NCBI GenBank assembly: GCA_964016885.1
Contig: OZ024741.1
Location: 6,944,001 to 7,008,000, forward strand
Direction: 5' to 3'
DNA from: Eledone cirrhosa
Taxonomy: Eukaryota
DNA length: 64,000 nt
The notes under the pieces are model-generated. The model was not told where the DNA came from. It searched no databases and saw only the letters and a list, made by a program, of their open reading frames with translations. This document shows positions 16,301 to 29,136 of this stretch, one piece after another. Within the stretch, counting starts at the first letter, position 1, and every line of letters starts with the position of its first letter. A program made the translations under genes and the position numbers.

Positions 16301-19300
16301 CTTCCCCTTCTACCAAAGTCCTTCCCCTTCTGTCAAAGTCCTTCCCCTTCTGCCAAAGTCCTTGCTCTTCTACCGAAGTCCCTCCTCTCTTGCCAAAGTC
16401 CTTCGTCTTCTACCAAAGTCCTTACACTTCTACCAAATACTTTCCTCTTCTACCAAAGTCCTTCCCCTTCTACCAAAGTCCTTCCTCTCCTACCAAAGTC
16501 CTTCCACTTCTGTCAAAGTCCTTCCCCTTCTACCAAACTCCTTCCCCTTCTACCAAAGTCCTTCCACTTCTACCAAAGTCATTCCCCTTCTCTCAAAGTC
16601 CATACCCTTCTAACAAAGTCCATCCTCTTCTACCAAAGTCCTTCCTCTCCTACCAAAGTCCTTTATCTTCTACCAAAGTCCTTTCTCTTGTACCAAAGTC
16701 CGTCTCTTCTGCCAAAGTCCTTCCTCTTCTAACAAATTCCTTCCCCTTCTACCAAAGTCCTTCCTCTTCTGTCAAAGTCCTTCCCCTTCTGCCAAAGTCC
16801 TTGCTCTTCTACCGAAGTCCCTCCTCTCTTGCCAAAGTCCTTCGTCTTCTACCAAAGTCCTTACACTTCTACCAAATACTTTCCTCTTCTACCAAAGTCC
16901 TTCCACTTCTACCAAAGATCTTCCTCTTCTGCCAGAGTCCTTCCCCTTCTACCAAAGTCCTTCCTCTCCTACCAAAGTCCTTCCACTTCTGTCAAAGTCC
17001 TTCGCCTTCTACCAAACTCCTTCCCCTTCTACCAAAGTCCTTGCTCTTCTACCAAAGTACTTCCTCTCCTACCAATGTCCTTCGTCTTCTCCCAATGTCC
17101 TTCCACTTCGACCAAATACCTTCCTCTTCTACTAGAGTCCTTCCCCTTCTACCAAAGTCCTTCCTCTCCTACCAAAGTCCTTCCACTTCTATCAAAGTCC
17201 TTCCCCTTCTACCAAACTCCCTCCTTTTCTACCAAAGTCCTTCCTCTTCTACCAAAATCCTTCCCCTTCTGTCAAAGTCCTTCCCCTTCTACCAAATCCT
17301 TCCACTTCTACCAAATTCCATCCGTTTCTATTAAAGTCGTTCCCCTTCTACCAAAGTCCTTCCTCTTCTACCCAAGTCCTTACTCTTCTACCAAAGTCTT
17401 TCCACTTCTACCAAATACCTTCCTCTTCTACCAAAGTCCTTCATCTCCTACCAAAGTCCTTCCACTTCTGTCAAAGTCCTTCCATTTCTACCAAAGTGCT
17501 TCCCCTTCTAACAAAGTCCTTCCTTTCCTACCAAAGTCCTGCCCCTTCTCTCAAAGTCCTTACCCTTCTACCAAAGTCCTTTCTCTCCTACCAAAGTCCT
17601 TGCTATTCTACCAAAGTACTTCCTCTCCTACCAAAGTCCTTCATATTCTACCAAAATCCTTCCACTTCTACCAAATACCTTCCTCTTATACCAAAGTCCT
17701 TCCACTTCTAGCAAAGGCCTTTCTCTTCTATCAGAGTTTTCCCCTTCTACCAAAGTCCTTCCTCTCCAACCAAAGTCCTTCCACTTCTGTCAAAGTCCTT
17801 CCCCTTCTACCAAACTCCTTCCTTTTCTACCAAAGTTCTTCCACTTCTACCAAAGTCCTTCCTCTTCTGTCAAACCCCTTCCCCTTCTACTAAAGACCTT
17901 CCTCATCTACCAAAATTCTTGAACTTCTACCAAAGACCTTCCACTTCTACCAAAGTCCTTCCTCTTCTACAAAAGTCCTTGCACATCTAACAAAGACCTT
18001 CCTCTTCTGTCAAAGTCCTTCCACTGCTACCAAAGTCCTTCCTCTCCTACCAAAGTCCTTCCAGTTCTGTCAAAGTCTTTCCTCTCCTACCAAAGACCTT
18101 CCTCTTCTACCAAAGTCGTTCCACTTCTACCAAAGTCCCTCCTCTTCTAGTAAAGTCCTTCCCTTTCTACCAATGTCCTTCCACTTCTGCCAAAATCCTT
18201 CCTCTTCTTCCAAAGTCCTTCCTCTTGTCCCAAAGTACTTCCTCTCCTGCCAAAGTCCTTCGTCTTCTCCCAAAGTCCTGCCACTTCTACCAAATATCTT
18301 CCCCTTCTACCAAAGTCCTTCCTCTCCTACCAAAGTCCTTCCTCTTCTGTCAAATTCCTTCCATTTCTACCAAAGTCCTTCCCCTTTTACCAAAGTCCTT
18401 CCTTTCCTACCAAAGTCCTTCCCCTTCTCTCAAAGTCCTTACCCTTCTAACAAAGTATTTTCTCTCCTACCAAAGTCCTTGCTCTTCTACCAAAGTACTT
18501 CCTCTCCTACCAAAGTCCTTCGTCTTCTCCCAAAGTCTTTCCACTTGACCAAAGACCTTTCTCTTCTACTAGAGTCCTTCCCCTTCTACCAACGTCCTTC
18601 CTCTTCTACTAAAATCCTTCCCCTTCTACAAAGTCCTTCCCCTTCTGTTAAAGTCCTTCCCCTTCTACCAAACTGCTTCGCCTTCTGTCAAACTGCTTCC
18701 CCTTCTACCAAAGTCCTTCCACTTTTACCAAAGATCTTCCTCGTCTACCAAAGTCCTTCCTCTTCTACCAACGTCCTTCCCCTTCTGTCAAAGTCCTTCC
18801 CCTTCTACCAAAGTCCTTCCACTTCTACTAAACTCCTTCCCTTTCTACCAAAGTCCTTCCCCTTGTGTCAAAGTTCTTCCACTTCTATCAAAGTCCTTCC
18901 CCTTCTACCAAAGTCCTTCGGCTTCTGTCAACGCCCTTCCACTTCTACCAAAGTCATTCCCCTTCTCTCAAAGTCCTTACCCTTCTAACAAAGTCCATCC
19001 TCTTCTACCAAAGTCCTTCCTCTCCTACCAAAGTCCTTTCTCTTCTACCAAAGTCCTTTCTCTTGTACCAAAGTCCTTCTCTTCTGCCAAAGTCCTTCCT
19101 CTTCTAACAAATTCCTTCCCCTTCTACCAAAGTCCTTCCCCTTCTGTCAAAGTCCTTCCCCTTCTGCCAAAGTCCTTGCTCTTCTACCGAAGTCCCTCCT
19201 CTCTTGCCAAAGTCCTTCGTCTTCTACCAAAGTCCTTACACTTCTACCAAATACTTTCCTCTTCTACCAAAGTCCTTCCCCTTCTACCAAAGTCCTTCCT

Positions 19301-22196
19301 CTCCTACCAAAGTCCTTCCACTTCTGTCAAAGTCCTTCCCCTTCTACCAAACTCCTTCCCCTTCTACCAAAGTCCTTCCACTTCTACCAAAGTCATTCCC
19401 CTTCTCTCAAAGTCCTTACCCTTCTAACAAAGTCCATCCTCTTCTACCAAAGTCCTTCCTCTCCTACCAAAGTCCTTTCTCTTCTACCAAAGTCCTTTCT
19501 CTTGTACCAAAGTCCGTCTCTTCTGCCAAAGTCCTTCCTCTTCTAACAAATTCCTTCGCCTTCTACCAAAGTCCTTCCTCTTCTGTCAAAGTCCTCCCCC
19601 TTCTGCCAAAGTCCTTGCTCTTCTACCGAAGTCCCTCCTCTCTTGCCAAAGTCCTTCGTCTTCTACCAAAGTCCTTACACTTCTACCAAATACTTTCCTC
19701 TTCTACCAAAGTCCTTCCACTTCTACCAAAGATCTTCCTCTTCTGCCAGAGTCCTTCCCCTTCTACCAAAGTCCTTCCTCTCCTACCAAAGTCCTTCCAC
19801 TTCTGTCAAAGTCCTTCCCCTTCTACCAAACTCCTTCTCCTTCTACCAAAGTCCTTGCTCTTCTACCAAAGTACTTCCTCTCCTACCAATGTCCTTCGTC
19901 TTCTCCCAATGTCCTTCCACTTCGACCAAATACCTTCCTCTTCTACTAGAGTCCTTCCCCTTCTACCAAAGTCCTTCCTCTCCCACCAAAGTCCTTCCAC
20001 TTCTATCAAAGTCCTTCCCCTTCTACCAAACTCCCTCCTCTTCTACCAAAGTCCTTCCCCTTCTACCAAACTCCTTCCCCTTCTACCAAAGTCCTTGCTC
20101 TTCTACCACAGTACTTCCTCTCCTACCAATGTCCTTCGTCTTCTCCCAATGTCCTTCCACTTCGACCAAATACCTTCCTCTTCTACTAGAGTCCTTCCCC
20201 TTCTACCAAAGTCCTTCCTCTCCTACCAAAGTCCTTCCACTTCTATCAAAGTCCTTCCCCTTCTACCAAACTCCCTCCTTTTCTACCAAAGTCCTTCCTC
20301 TTCTACCAAAATCCTTCCCCTTCTGTCAAAGTCCTTCCCCTTCTACCAAATCCTTCCTATTCTCTCAAAGTCCTTCCACTTCTACCAAATTCCATCCCTT
20401 TCTATTAAAGTCGTTCCCCTTCTACCAAAGTCCTTCCCCTTCTGTCAAAGTCCTTCCCCTTCTACCAATGTCCTTCCTCTCCTCCCAAAGTCTTTCCTCT
20501 TCTACCAAAACCCTTAATCTTCTACCAAAAGCCTTCACCTTCTACCAAAGTCCTTCCCCTTCTACAAAGTCCTTCCCTTTCTGTCAAAGTCATCCCGATT
20601 CTACCAAAGTCCCTCCTCTTCTACCAAAGTACTTCCTCTCCTACCAAAGTACTTCCTCTTCTACCAAAGCCCTTTCCCCTTCTGTTAAAGTCCTTCCCCT
20701 TCTACCAAACTGCTTCGCCTTCTGTCAAAGTGCTTCCCCTTCTACCAAAGACCTTCCTCTTCTACCAAAGTCCTTCCACTTCTGCCAAAGTCGTTCCGCT
20801 TCTACCAAAGTCCTTCCTCTCCTACCAAATTCCTTCCTCTTCTACTTAAGTCCTTCCCTTTCTACCAAAGTCCTCCCCCTTCTGTCAAAGTTGTTCCACT
20901 TCTACCAAAGTCCTTCCTCTTCTACCAAAGTCCTTCCTCTCCTACCAAAGTCCTTTATCTTCTACCAAAGTCCTTCCTCTCCTACCAAATTCCTTCCCCT
21001 TCTACCAAAGTCTTTCTTTTCTGTCAAAGTCCTTCTCTTCTGCCAAAGTCCTTCCTCTCTAACAAATTCCTTACCCTTCTACCAAAGTCCCCCCTCTTCT
21101 GTCAAAGTCCTTCCACTTCTACCAAAGTCCTTGCTCTTCTACCAAAATCCTTCCTCTCTTGCCAAATACCTTTCTCTTCTACCAAAGTCCTTCCACTTCT
21201 ACCAAAGATCTTCCTCTTCTGCCAGAGTCCTTCCCCTTCTACCAAAGTCCTTCCTCTCCTACCAAAGTCCTTCCACTTCTGTCAAAGTCCTTCCCTTTCT
21301 ACCAATCTCCTTCCTTTTCTACCAACGTCCTTCCTTTTCTACCAAAGTCCTTCCACTTCTACTAAAGACCTTCCTCTTTTACCAAAACCCTTCCTCTTCT
21401 ACCAAAACCATTTCTCTTCTACCAAAGTCCATCCTCTTCTACAAAGTCCTTCCTCTTCTGTCAAAGTCCTCCCCCTTCTACCAAAGACCATCCTCTTCTA
21501 CCAAATCCTCCCCCTTCTACCAAAGTCCTTCCACTTCTACCAAAGTCCGTCCTCTCCTACCAAAGTACTTCCTCTTCTACCAAAGTCCTTGCCCTTCTGT
21601 CAAAGTCCTTCCTCTTCTACAAAATCCTTCCTCTCCTACCAAAGTCCTCCCTCTTCTGTCAAAGTCCTTCCACTTCTACCAAAGTCCTTCCACTTCTACC
21701 ACAGACCTTCCTCTTCTACCAAAATTCTTCAAATTCTACCAAAGACCTTCCTCTTCTTCCGAACTCCTTCCCTTTCTACCAACGTACTTCCTCTCCTACC
21801 AAAGTACTTCCTCTTCTGTCAAAGTCCTTCCTCTTCTACCAATGTCCGTCCACTTCTACCAAAGACCTTCCCCTTCTACCAATGCTTCCACTTCTACCAA
21901 AGTCCTTCCCCTTCTACCAAGGTACTTCCCATTCTACCGACGTCCTTCCCCTTCTGTTAAAGTCCTTCCCCTTCTACTAAAGTCTTTCCCCTTCTACCAA
22001 CGTCCTTCCCCTTCTACCAAAGTCCTTCCACTTCTACCAAATACTTTCCTCTTCTACCACAGTTATTCCACTTCTACCAAAGTCCTTCCACTTCTACCAA
22101 AGTCCTTCCGCTTCTGTCAAAGTCTTTCCTCTTCTGTCAAAGTCCTTCATAATCTCTCAAAGTCCTTACTCTTCTACCAAATTCCTTCCTCTTCTT
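7384..22196. repeat. 20-bp pyrimidine-rich satellite, consensus CCAAAGTCCTTCCTCTTCTA
   Basis: 20-bp periodicity over about 14.8 kb. Internal block duplications show up as near-identical ORF translations at offsets of 2814 bp (15359/18173, 16362/19176), 2361 bp (10228/12589) and 439 bp (16390/16829). Confidence 0.97.
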
Positions 22197-22630
22197 AAAG
22201 GTCAGCTTCGAAAAGGCCACAGAATGAACCTCAATAAGAACATAGTGAGCTGGATTTGTAAGGTGTGTGGTCATTTACTGCTCTCTAAATCTGGGCACAT
22301 CACTCATTTAAAATCACATAACAAGCCAACTGTATGCAGCTCTAGCCCTCCAATAGTAGGCGAAACAACATGTGTGGTGGGTAAAAAGATCTGCAAATCC
22401 ATCTCTTAAAAGGTATATGATGGTACGTGAGGATGACATCCCACAAACTGACCCAATCAATCCAATAGAGGACATCTTTTATCTGTCACATTTGCTGTAG
22501 ACTGCAAATCTAATGCTTAACTTAAAAGCCACCTAAGGGGCCATAGACAGATGTTTGGAGTTGGTGACGGTTGATGGGGATACATAGGGAGACGGCAATC
22601 ATCTACAAAGGTGAAGCAATCACCATGTAT
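22197..22630 (+). mobile_element. Degenerate 3' end of a non-LTR retrotransposon with C-terminal C2H2 zinc fingers (RTE-like LINE remnant)
   Basis: WICKVCGHLLLSKSGHITHLKSH fits C-x2-C-x12-H-x3-H. Two further decayed fingers follow (TCVVGKKICKS; ICHICC...KSHLRGH) with frameshifts, then a short tail into a TATG/TA microsatellite. The clade assignment is inference. Confidence 0.55.
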
Positions 22631-22639
22631 GTATATATC

Positions 22640-22990
22640 AACGGCTAATTCTGAGTCCAGAATTAGCCGTCGAAACGGCTTGAGCTCAGCCGTCGGGGTC
22701 CTACTCGTTCCTATTACCCACTCTACTACCCTAAGTATTGAGTACTTTGGTGCGTTATGGTCCATCTGGTTCCTTACCACATTTCCTTCGTTATATATAT
22801 ATATATATAGAGAGGGAGAGAGATGTCAAGAGATGTCAACATGAATGGACCTGTTATTTTTATCTAAAGACATTGTTTTCAATTCCAGCCCACCCGTCCC
22901 TTCAATCTATCTTATTTCTCATTCTTTTTTCTGATGAAAGACTAGCGTCCGATACGTTAAGACCCTCTTCCTGCTATATCAAGCGTTAAC

Positions 22991-23059
<69 letters not shown>

Positions 23060-23459
23060 AAAAATTGAACGGGAACAAAACAGAGAGGCAGTACGATTTA
23101 TTAGTTTCACGCACTTGAGAGTGGAGTGGTGGTGGGGAACAACGTTTCGGGCATAAGCCCTTCTTATATATATATATATATAACGAAGGAAATGTGGTAA
23201 GGAACCAAGTGGACCATAACGCACCAAAGTACTCAATACTTAGGGTAGTAGAGTGGGTAATAGGAACGAGTAGGACCCCGACGGATGAGCTCAAGCCGTT
23301 TCGACGGCTTATTCTGGACTCAGTCCAGAATTAGCCGTCGAAACGGCTTGAGCTCAACCGTCGGGGTTCTACTCGTTCCTATTACCCACTCTACTACCCT
23401 AAGTATTGAGTACTTTGGTGCGTTATGGTCCACTTGGTTCCTTACCACATTTCCTTCGT

Positions 23460-23491
<32 letters not shown>

Positions 23492-23658
23492 TGTCAAGAG
23501 ATGTCAACATGAATGGACCTGTTATTTTTATCTAAAGACATTGTTTTCAATTCCAGCCCACCCGTCCCTTCAATCTATCTTATTTCTCATTCTTTTTTCT
23601 GATGAAAGACTAGCGTCCGATACGTTAAGACCCTCTTCCTGCTATATCAAGCGTTAAC

Positions 23659-23697
<39 letters not shown>

Positions 23698-24020
23698 AAA
23701 AATTGAACGGGAACAAAACAGAGAGGCAGTACGATTTATTAGTTTCACGCTCTTGAGAGTGGAGTGGTGGTGGGGAACAACGTTTCGGGCATAAACCCTT
23801 CTTATATATATATATATATAACGAAGGAAATGTGGTAAGGAACCAAGTGGACCATAACGCACCAAAGTACTCAATACTTAGGGTAGTAGAGTGGGTAATA
23901 GGAACGAGTAGGACCCCGACGGATGAGCTCAAGCCGTTTCGACGGCTTATTCTGGACTCAGTCCAGAATTAGCCGTCGAAACGGCTTGAGCTCAACCGTC
24001 GGGGTTCTACTCGTTCCTAT
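22640..24020. mobile_element. Tandemly duplicated composite fold-back unit (about 640-670 bp) built from three PLE pseudo-LTR fragments
   Basis: GTCCAGAATTAGCCGTC recurs at 22655, 23323 and 23961. Each unit is module A(+), (TA)n(GA)n, module B(+), (TA)n, module C(-), (TA)n, module A(-). Each module carries partial HHR motifs. Confidence 0.8.
22927..22962 (+). ncRNA. Degenerate minimal hammerhead (GAAA mutated to GATA); second copy at about 23595-23630
   Basis: TTTT-CTGATGA-AAGACTAGCGTCC-GATA-CG-TT-AAGA. The core mutation suggests it is inactive. Confidence 0.45.
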
Positions 24021-24064
24021 CTATCTCTCTCTCTCTATATATATATATATATAATTAGAATTGG

Positions 24065-24100
<36 letters not shown>

Positions 24101-24111
24101 TATATATATAT

Positions 24112-24172
24112 TCTCTCTTTTACTCTTTTACCTGTTCCAGCCATCCGGCTGAGGCCATGCTGGGGCACCGCC
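24112..24172. mobile_element. SINE tail fragment of a family common in octopus genomes
   Basis: TTTTACCTGTTCCAGCCATCCGGCTGAGGCCATGCTGGGGCACCGCC resembles the recurring cephalopod SINE segment TTTACTTGTTTCAGTCATTTGACTGCGGCCATGCTGGAGCACCGCC (recognised from memory). Confidence 0.55.
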
Positions 24173-24243
24173 ATTGTATATATATATATAGTGAAAGAGT
24201 GAAGAATAACATAGTCGGCTGTACAAAAAGGGTTTTATTTCAA

Positions 24244-24354
24244 GTATTAACAATTGTTTCATTGATCAGGTGAGTCTAAAGGCCGCTAATCACTCGAAGT
24301 TGCGTCACTCGACCTTAAATACAGTGTTTACCTCTGATCAAATCATCGGAATAC
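24244..24354 (-). ncRNA. Type I hammerhead ribozyme with long stem II (core variant CCGAUGA)
   Basis: Minus strand: GTATT-CCGATGA-TTTGATCAG...CTGATCAAT-GAAA-CAATTG-TT-AATAC. Stem I is GUAUU/AAUAC and stem III is the palindrome ACAAUUGU. The U4C change may impair cleavage. Confidence 0.7.
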
Positions 24355-24483
24355 TAGAGGTTTTACATATGGCATTGGTATATATAGAGATACAACGGAG
24401 AATCAAAACAATAACATCAATAATAAAAGATAATGATAAAGAGGTAAGGAAGTTACAGATGTAAAAAATAAGTAAAAAATAAT

Positions 24484-24830
24484 AATTGTTTCTACTTTTG
24501 GCACAAGGCCAGAAATTAACCAGTGCATTACTGGTAGTTTATTTTATCGACCCCGTAAGGATGAAAGGTAAAGTTAACCTCGGTGGGATTTGAACTCAGA
24601 ATGGCAAGAGCCGTAACTCTATGCGTCAAAGCATGGCGTCCGACCCTCTACCGATACTGCCAATCCACCGCCCCTAAGTAAAAAATAATAATTGTTTCTA
24701 CTTTTGGCACAAGGCCAGCAATTAAACCAGTGTATTACTGGTACTTTATTTTATCGACCCCGTAAGGATGAAAGGCAAAGTTAAATTCGGCGGGATTTGA
24801 ACTCAATCCGTAAAGGGACGTAACTGTGCT
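24484..24830 (-). mobile_element. Two tandem copies of a tRNA-derived SINE
   Basis: Minus strand shows A-box-like TGGCAGTATCGG and B-box-like GAGTTCAAATCCC. The body CTGGTACTTTATTTTATCGACCCCGTAAGGATGAAAGG repeats at about 24530 and 24738. Confidence 0.8.
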
Positions 24831-26537
24831 TAATAATAAGTACAGAATACGATTGCTGATAATAGTGGTGGTAGTGAGTAAGTGTATGTGGTGGTATGTA
24901 TAAAGACGTAGTGAGGGTGGAGGTAATACTAACATGAAAAGCAACATTAGATACATACATACGTGGTGGTCAAATCTCAGAGGGTTAGAAGTAGAGAATA
25001 AAAAATAGTAACAAATGACAGATAAAAGATAAAAAATAATAAATTAAAAATTAAGTGAGAGGGGAAGAGATACAGGACAGGAGACAGAGAGTGGGGGTGG
25101 CGATACGAGGATGAGACATAAGGGGTAGGGCTAAGGACGGGGAATGAGAGTTTTGATATATGTATGTGTGTGTGGTAAAGTTTAGCAGGCTGATTGTCTT
25201 ATCTTAATGGGGTTGATGTGGCTTTAGGGAGAGAGAGAGAGAGTGAAAGAAAGGTTATGAGATTTATGATGTTGATCTAATGACCAGTTGGTCAGTTGAC
25301 AGCTAATAACAGTGGGGTGGCATGTATTTAGTACATTAAAATCTGGGTGGTTCAGTTCGAATTTTGAGATTGCTGGATCGATTCATGTTGGTTTGAAATT
25401 TGTTCCTACAGAACATTGATCTTTCTATTTTGCTGTTAAGCAGCATTTTATCATACTTTAAAATATGGAACAGCTCCATATTGCGATAATTTCGACCAGC
25501 TAATTCCATATTCCTGGTTTGTGCCCTTAAGCTGCCAGATTTTATTGGCCAGCGTTGTTGAGTTCTCTAGTTTACGGTTCTTCATAGAGTGCCTGTGAAC
25601 GTACCATCTTTTTTTGAGTTCCCAGCCGTGGAGTGCCATATTATGTTGCCCGAATGTATAGTACGCAGGTACACCATACTTGATTCCAGGGTACTTATTT
25701 GGCAGGTGACAGTTACAGTTGGAGGCCTTCCTGTGTGCAGGTTCTCCGTTGCGGTTTTGTATGTTGTTATGGATGGGCTGAGATTTAGGCTTATTGATGT
25801 TTTGTTGCGATGCGCCCTGATGTGTGTGTGGTTGTGATGTTATGTGTTTGCGTTTTGTATTTGGTGCTATGGTGTATGTTGGTAGGTTATTTTCTTTAGA
25901 GATTCTTTTGTAGTTGATTTTATGTATGTATGATTCTATGTTGGCTGCAGTAGAGTAAGATAGTTTTATAGTTTTTCTGTTAAAGATTCTATGGTATTTG
26001 TGTAGTTTAGGGAAGTGCTTGTCAATTAGCTTAAAGAATGTAGAAGGTAGTTTGGTTTTTATACATGAGTTGAATATTGGATTGAACCATAAGTACTTCC
26101 TATCTCTGGATTTTCTATAGTTCTTAGGGGTCCCTATATTAGTATTCGGTTCAGTTATTTCTGGTGTTCGTTGTCTATTTCTGTTTAGTTCTATGTTTGT
26201 TATTTCTGTAGGTGTGGGTAGTGTAGCTGTCGTTAGGTTTGTTGTTGCTGTCTCTATCTGGTATGTATTCGAGCTCCTCCTTATGGCCTGCCTTATGTAA
26301 AGCTATGTTATAGTAGTTTGCGTGTTCGTTAAAAATCTCTAGGTTAGAAGATAGGCCGGATATCCTGAGGGATATACTATGTGCTATGGAGTTATTTATG
26401 GATCGAGGGTGGTTTGAGTTATAACTAATGTAGGCTAGATTCTCGTTATTTTTATGGAAGGGCTCTATTAGTACTGTATATAGATAGTAAATGAGTGAAG
26501 AATAACGTGGTCGGCTGTACAATAGGGTTTATTTAAA

Positions 26538-26646
26538 GTATTAACAATTGTTTCATTAGTCCGGTGTGTCTAAACATCGCTGTTCGCAAGATGCTACGTC
26601 TCTCGATTTTAATTACAGTCGATACTCGACCAAATCGTCAGAATAC
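26538..26646 (-). ncRNA. Type I hammerhead ribozyme with long stem II
   Basis: Minus strand: GTATT-CTGACGA-TTTGGTC...GACTAAT-GAAA-CAATTG-TT-AATAC. The core is intact, with a GUU cleavage triplet. Confidence 0.8.
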
Positions 26647-26777
26647 TGATCTGTGTTCTGATGATTTGGTCAACTTCTTGTTGAGTCAAACAACGCCGAA
26701 CGTTAAAACTATCCTCGATACAGAGTACTCATAACCTCTACTCGGATTACCTTAAATGATATCTTGTTAACTTATAA

Positions 26778-26877
<100 letters not shown>

Positions 26878-26917
26878 ATAAATGCTCTGAAATAGCGATA
26901 TATATGTGAATGGATAT

Positions 26918-26960
26918 GTAGTCCTGATGATTTCTAACAAGAATGAAACGCGTAGATTAC
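26918..26960 (+). ncRNA. Minimal type I hammerhead ribozyme
   Basis: GTAGTC-CTGATGA-TTTCTAACAAGAAT-GAAA-CGCG-TA-GATTAC. Stem I has 6 bp (one G-U) and stem III is the palindrome ACGCGU. Predicted cleavage is after 26954. Confidence 0.9.
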
Positions 26961-27227
26961 TTCCCTTGCTTTTATCGAGAATCTAATTGTAATACGTGAC
27001 GTATTCTATTCTATAGCGATTAGGTCTTCAAAATGTTTATTATAAACATACAGAATATTTTCGAATATTCTATGTCTATATTCACATATATATCGCTATT
27101 TCAGAGCATTTATTCCAATTTCTAATTTCTGCCGGACCGGCAACCGCTCTTTCAAACCAGTTCCTGTACACAGCTAAGTATTCTATAAGTCTCTAGCTGT
27201 GTCATTCTCGATAAAAGCACTGGATAT

Positions 27228-27270
27228 GTAGTCCTGATGATTTCTAACAAGAATGAAACGCGTAGATTAC
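27228..27270 (+). ncRNA. Minimal type I hammerhead ribozyme (second tandem copy)
   Basis: Identical to 26918-26960. Predicted cleavage is after 27264. Confidence 0.9.
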
Positions 27271-27392
27271 TTCCCTTGCTTTTATCGAGAATCTAATTGT
27301 AATACGTGACGTATTCTATTCTATAGCGATTAGGTCTTCAAAATGTTTATTATAAACATACAGAATATTTTCGAATATTCTATGTCTATATT

Positions 27393-27435
<43 letters not shown>

Positions 27436-27536
27436 CGGGGACTACGGCATTGTCGGCCATCTTGAACAGCTGCTTGCAATGTTTACATTTCAGCCCAACT
27501 GTAAGACAGAGACGGACAAACTGACAGACACACTCA

Positions 27537-27734
<198 letters not shown>

Positions 27735-27849
27735 CTATCTAAACACGGCTATTTAAAATGGCTGCTTCTTCAGCCATTTAAACATACGACAGTCAACCTT
27801 ATACAACAATATGTCACGTGTGTACATATATATGCGCGTGTGCATGTTT

Positions 27850-29136
27850 TGAGTGTTTGTGTGTCTGTCTGTGTGTCTATGTGTGTCTGTGTGTGTTTGT
27901 GTGTGTCTGTCTATGTGTCTGTGTGTCTGTGTGTGTCTGTCTGTGTCTGTCTGTGTGTCTATGTGTGTCTGTGTGTCTATGTGTGTCTATGTGTGTCTGT
28001 CTGTGTGTCTATGTGTGTCTGTGTGTCTGTGTGTGTCTATGTGTCTATGTGTGTCTATGTGTGTCTGTGTGTGTCTGTCTGTGTCTGTCTGTGTGTCTAT
28101 GTGTGTCTGTGTGTCTATGTGTGTCTATGTGTGTCTGTCTGTGTGTATATGTGTGTCTGTGTGTCTGTATGTGTCTATGTGTCTATGTGTGTCTATGTGT
28201 GTCTGTGTGTGTCTGTCTGTGTCTGTCTGTGTGTCTATGTGTGTCTGTGTGTCTGTCTGTGTGTCTGTCTGTGTCTGTCTGTGTGTCTATGTGTGTCTGT
28301 GTGTCTGTCTGTGTCTGTCTGTGTGTCTATGTGTGTCTGTGTGTCTGTCTGTGTCTGTCTGTGTGTCTATGTGTGTCTGTGTGTCTGTGTGTGGCTGTGT
28401 GTGTCTGTGTGTCTGTGTGTGTCTGTCTATGTCTGTCTGTGTCTGTCTGTGTGTCTGTGTGTCTGTGTGTCTGTGTGTGTCTGTCTGTGTCTGTCTGTGT
28501 GTCTATGTGTGTCTGTGTGTCTGTGTGTGTCTGTCTGTGTCTGTCTATGTCTGTCTGTGTCTGTCTGTGTGTCTATGTGTGTCTGTGTGTCTGTGTGTGT
28601 CTGTCTGTGTCTGTCTATGTCTGTCTGTGTCTGTCTGTGTGTCTATGTGTGTCTGTGTGTCTGTCTGTGTCTGTCTGTGTGTCTATGTGTCTGTGTGTCT
28701 GTCTGTGTCTGTCTGTGTCTGTCTGTGTCTGTCTGTGTGTCTATGTGTGTCTGTGTGTCTGTGTGTGTCTGTCTGTGTCTGTCTATGTCTGTGTCTGTCT
28801 GTGTGTCTATGTGTGTCTGTGTGTCTGTGTGTGTCTGTGTGTGTCTGTGTGTGTCTGTCTGTGTCTGTCTGTGTCTGTCTGTGTCTGTCTGTGTGTCTAT
28901 GTGTCTGTGTGTGTCTGTCTGTGTCTGTCTGTGTGTCTATGTGTGTCTGTCTGTGTCTGTCTGTGTGTCTATGTGTCTATGTGTCTATGTCTGTCTGTGT
29001 GTGTCTGTGTGTCTGTGTCTGTCTGTGTGTGTCTGTGTGTGTCTGTGTGTGTCTGTCTGTGTGTCTATGTATCTGTGTCTGTCTGTGTGTCTATGTGTGT
29101 CTGTGTGTCTGTGTGTGTTTGTCTGTGTCTGTGTGT
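27850..29136. repeat. Compound (TG)n/(TGTC)n/(TCTA) microsatellite
   Basis: About 1.3 kb of GT-rich low-complexity repeat. Confidence 0.95.

Larger units (their letters stand above)
24190..26660 (-). mobile_element. 5'-truncated, decayed Penelope-like retroelement (Naiad-like): RT C-terminus plus GIY-YIG endonuclease remnants between two related HHR-bearing pseudo-LTRs
   Basis: Minus-strand peptides: YISYNSNHPRSINNSIAHSISLRISGLSSNLEIF (RT thumb), RKYLWFNPIFN..LIDKHFPKLHKYHRIFNRKTIKLSYS (linker), CNCHLP, and KKRWYVHRHSMKNRKLENSTTLANKIWQLK (endonuclease). Related direct repeats lie at 24199-24354 and 26495-26646. Confidence 0.88.

Noticed and set aside
7369-22198. Many long + strand ORFs (up to 851 aa, STKVLPLLPKSF repeats)
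   Set aside because: The 20-bp unit has no stop codon and is not a multiple of 3, so all three frames give the same peptide. Indels do not preserve frame, so this is a satellite artefact.
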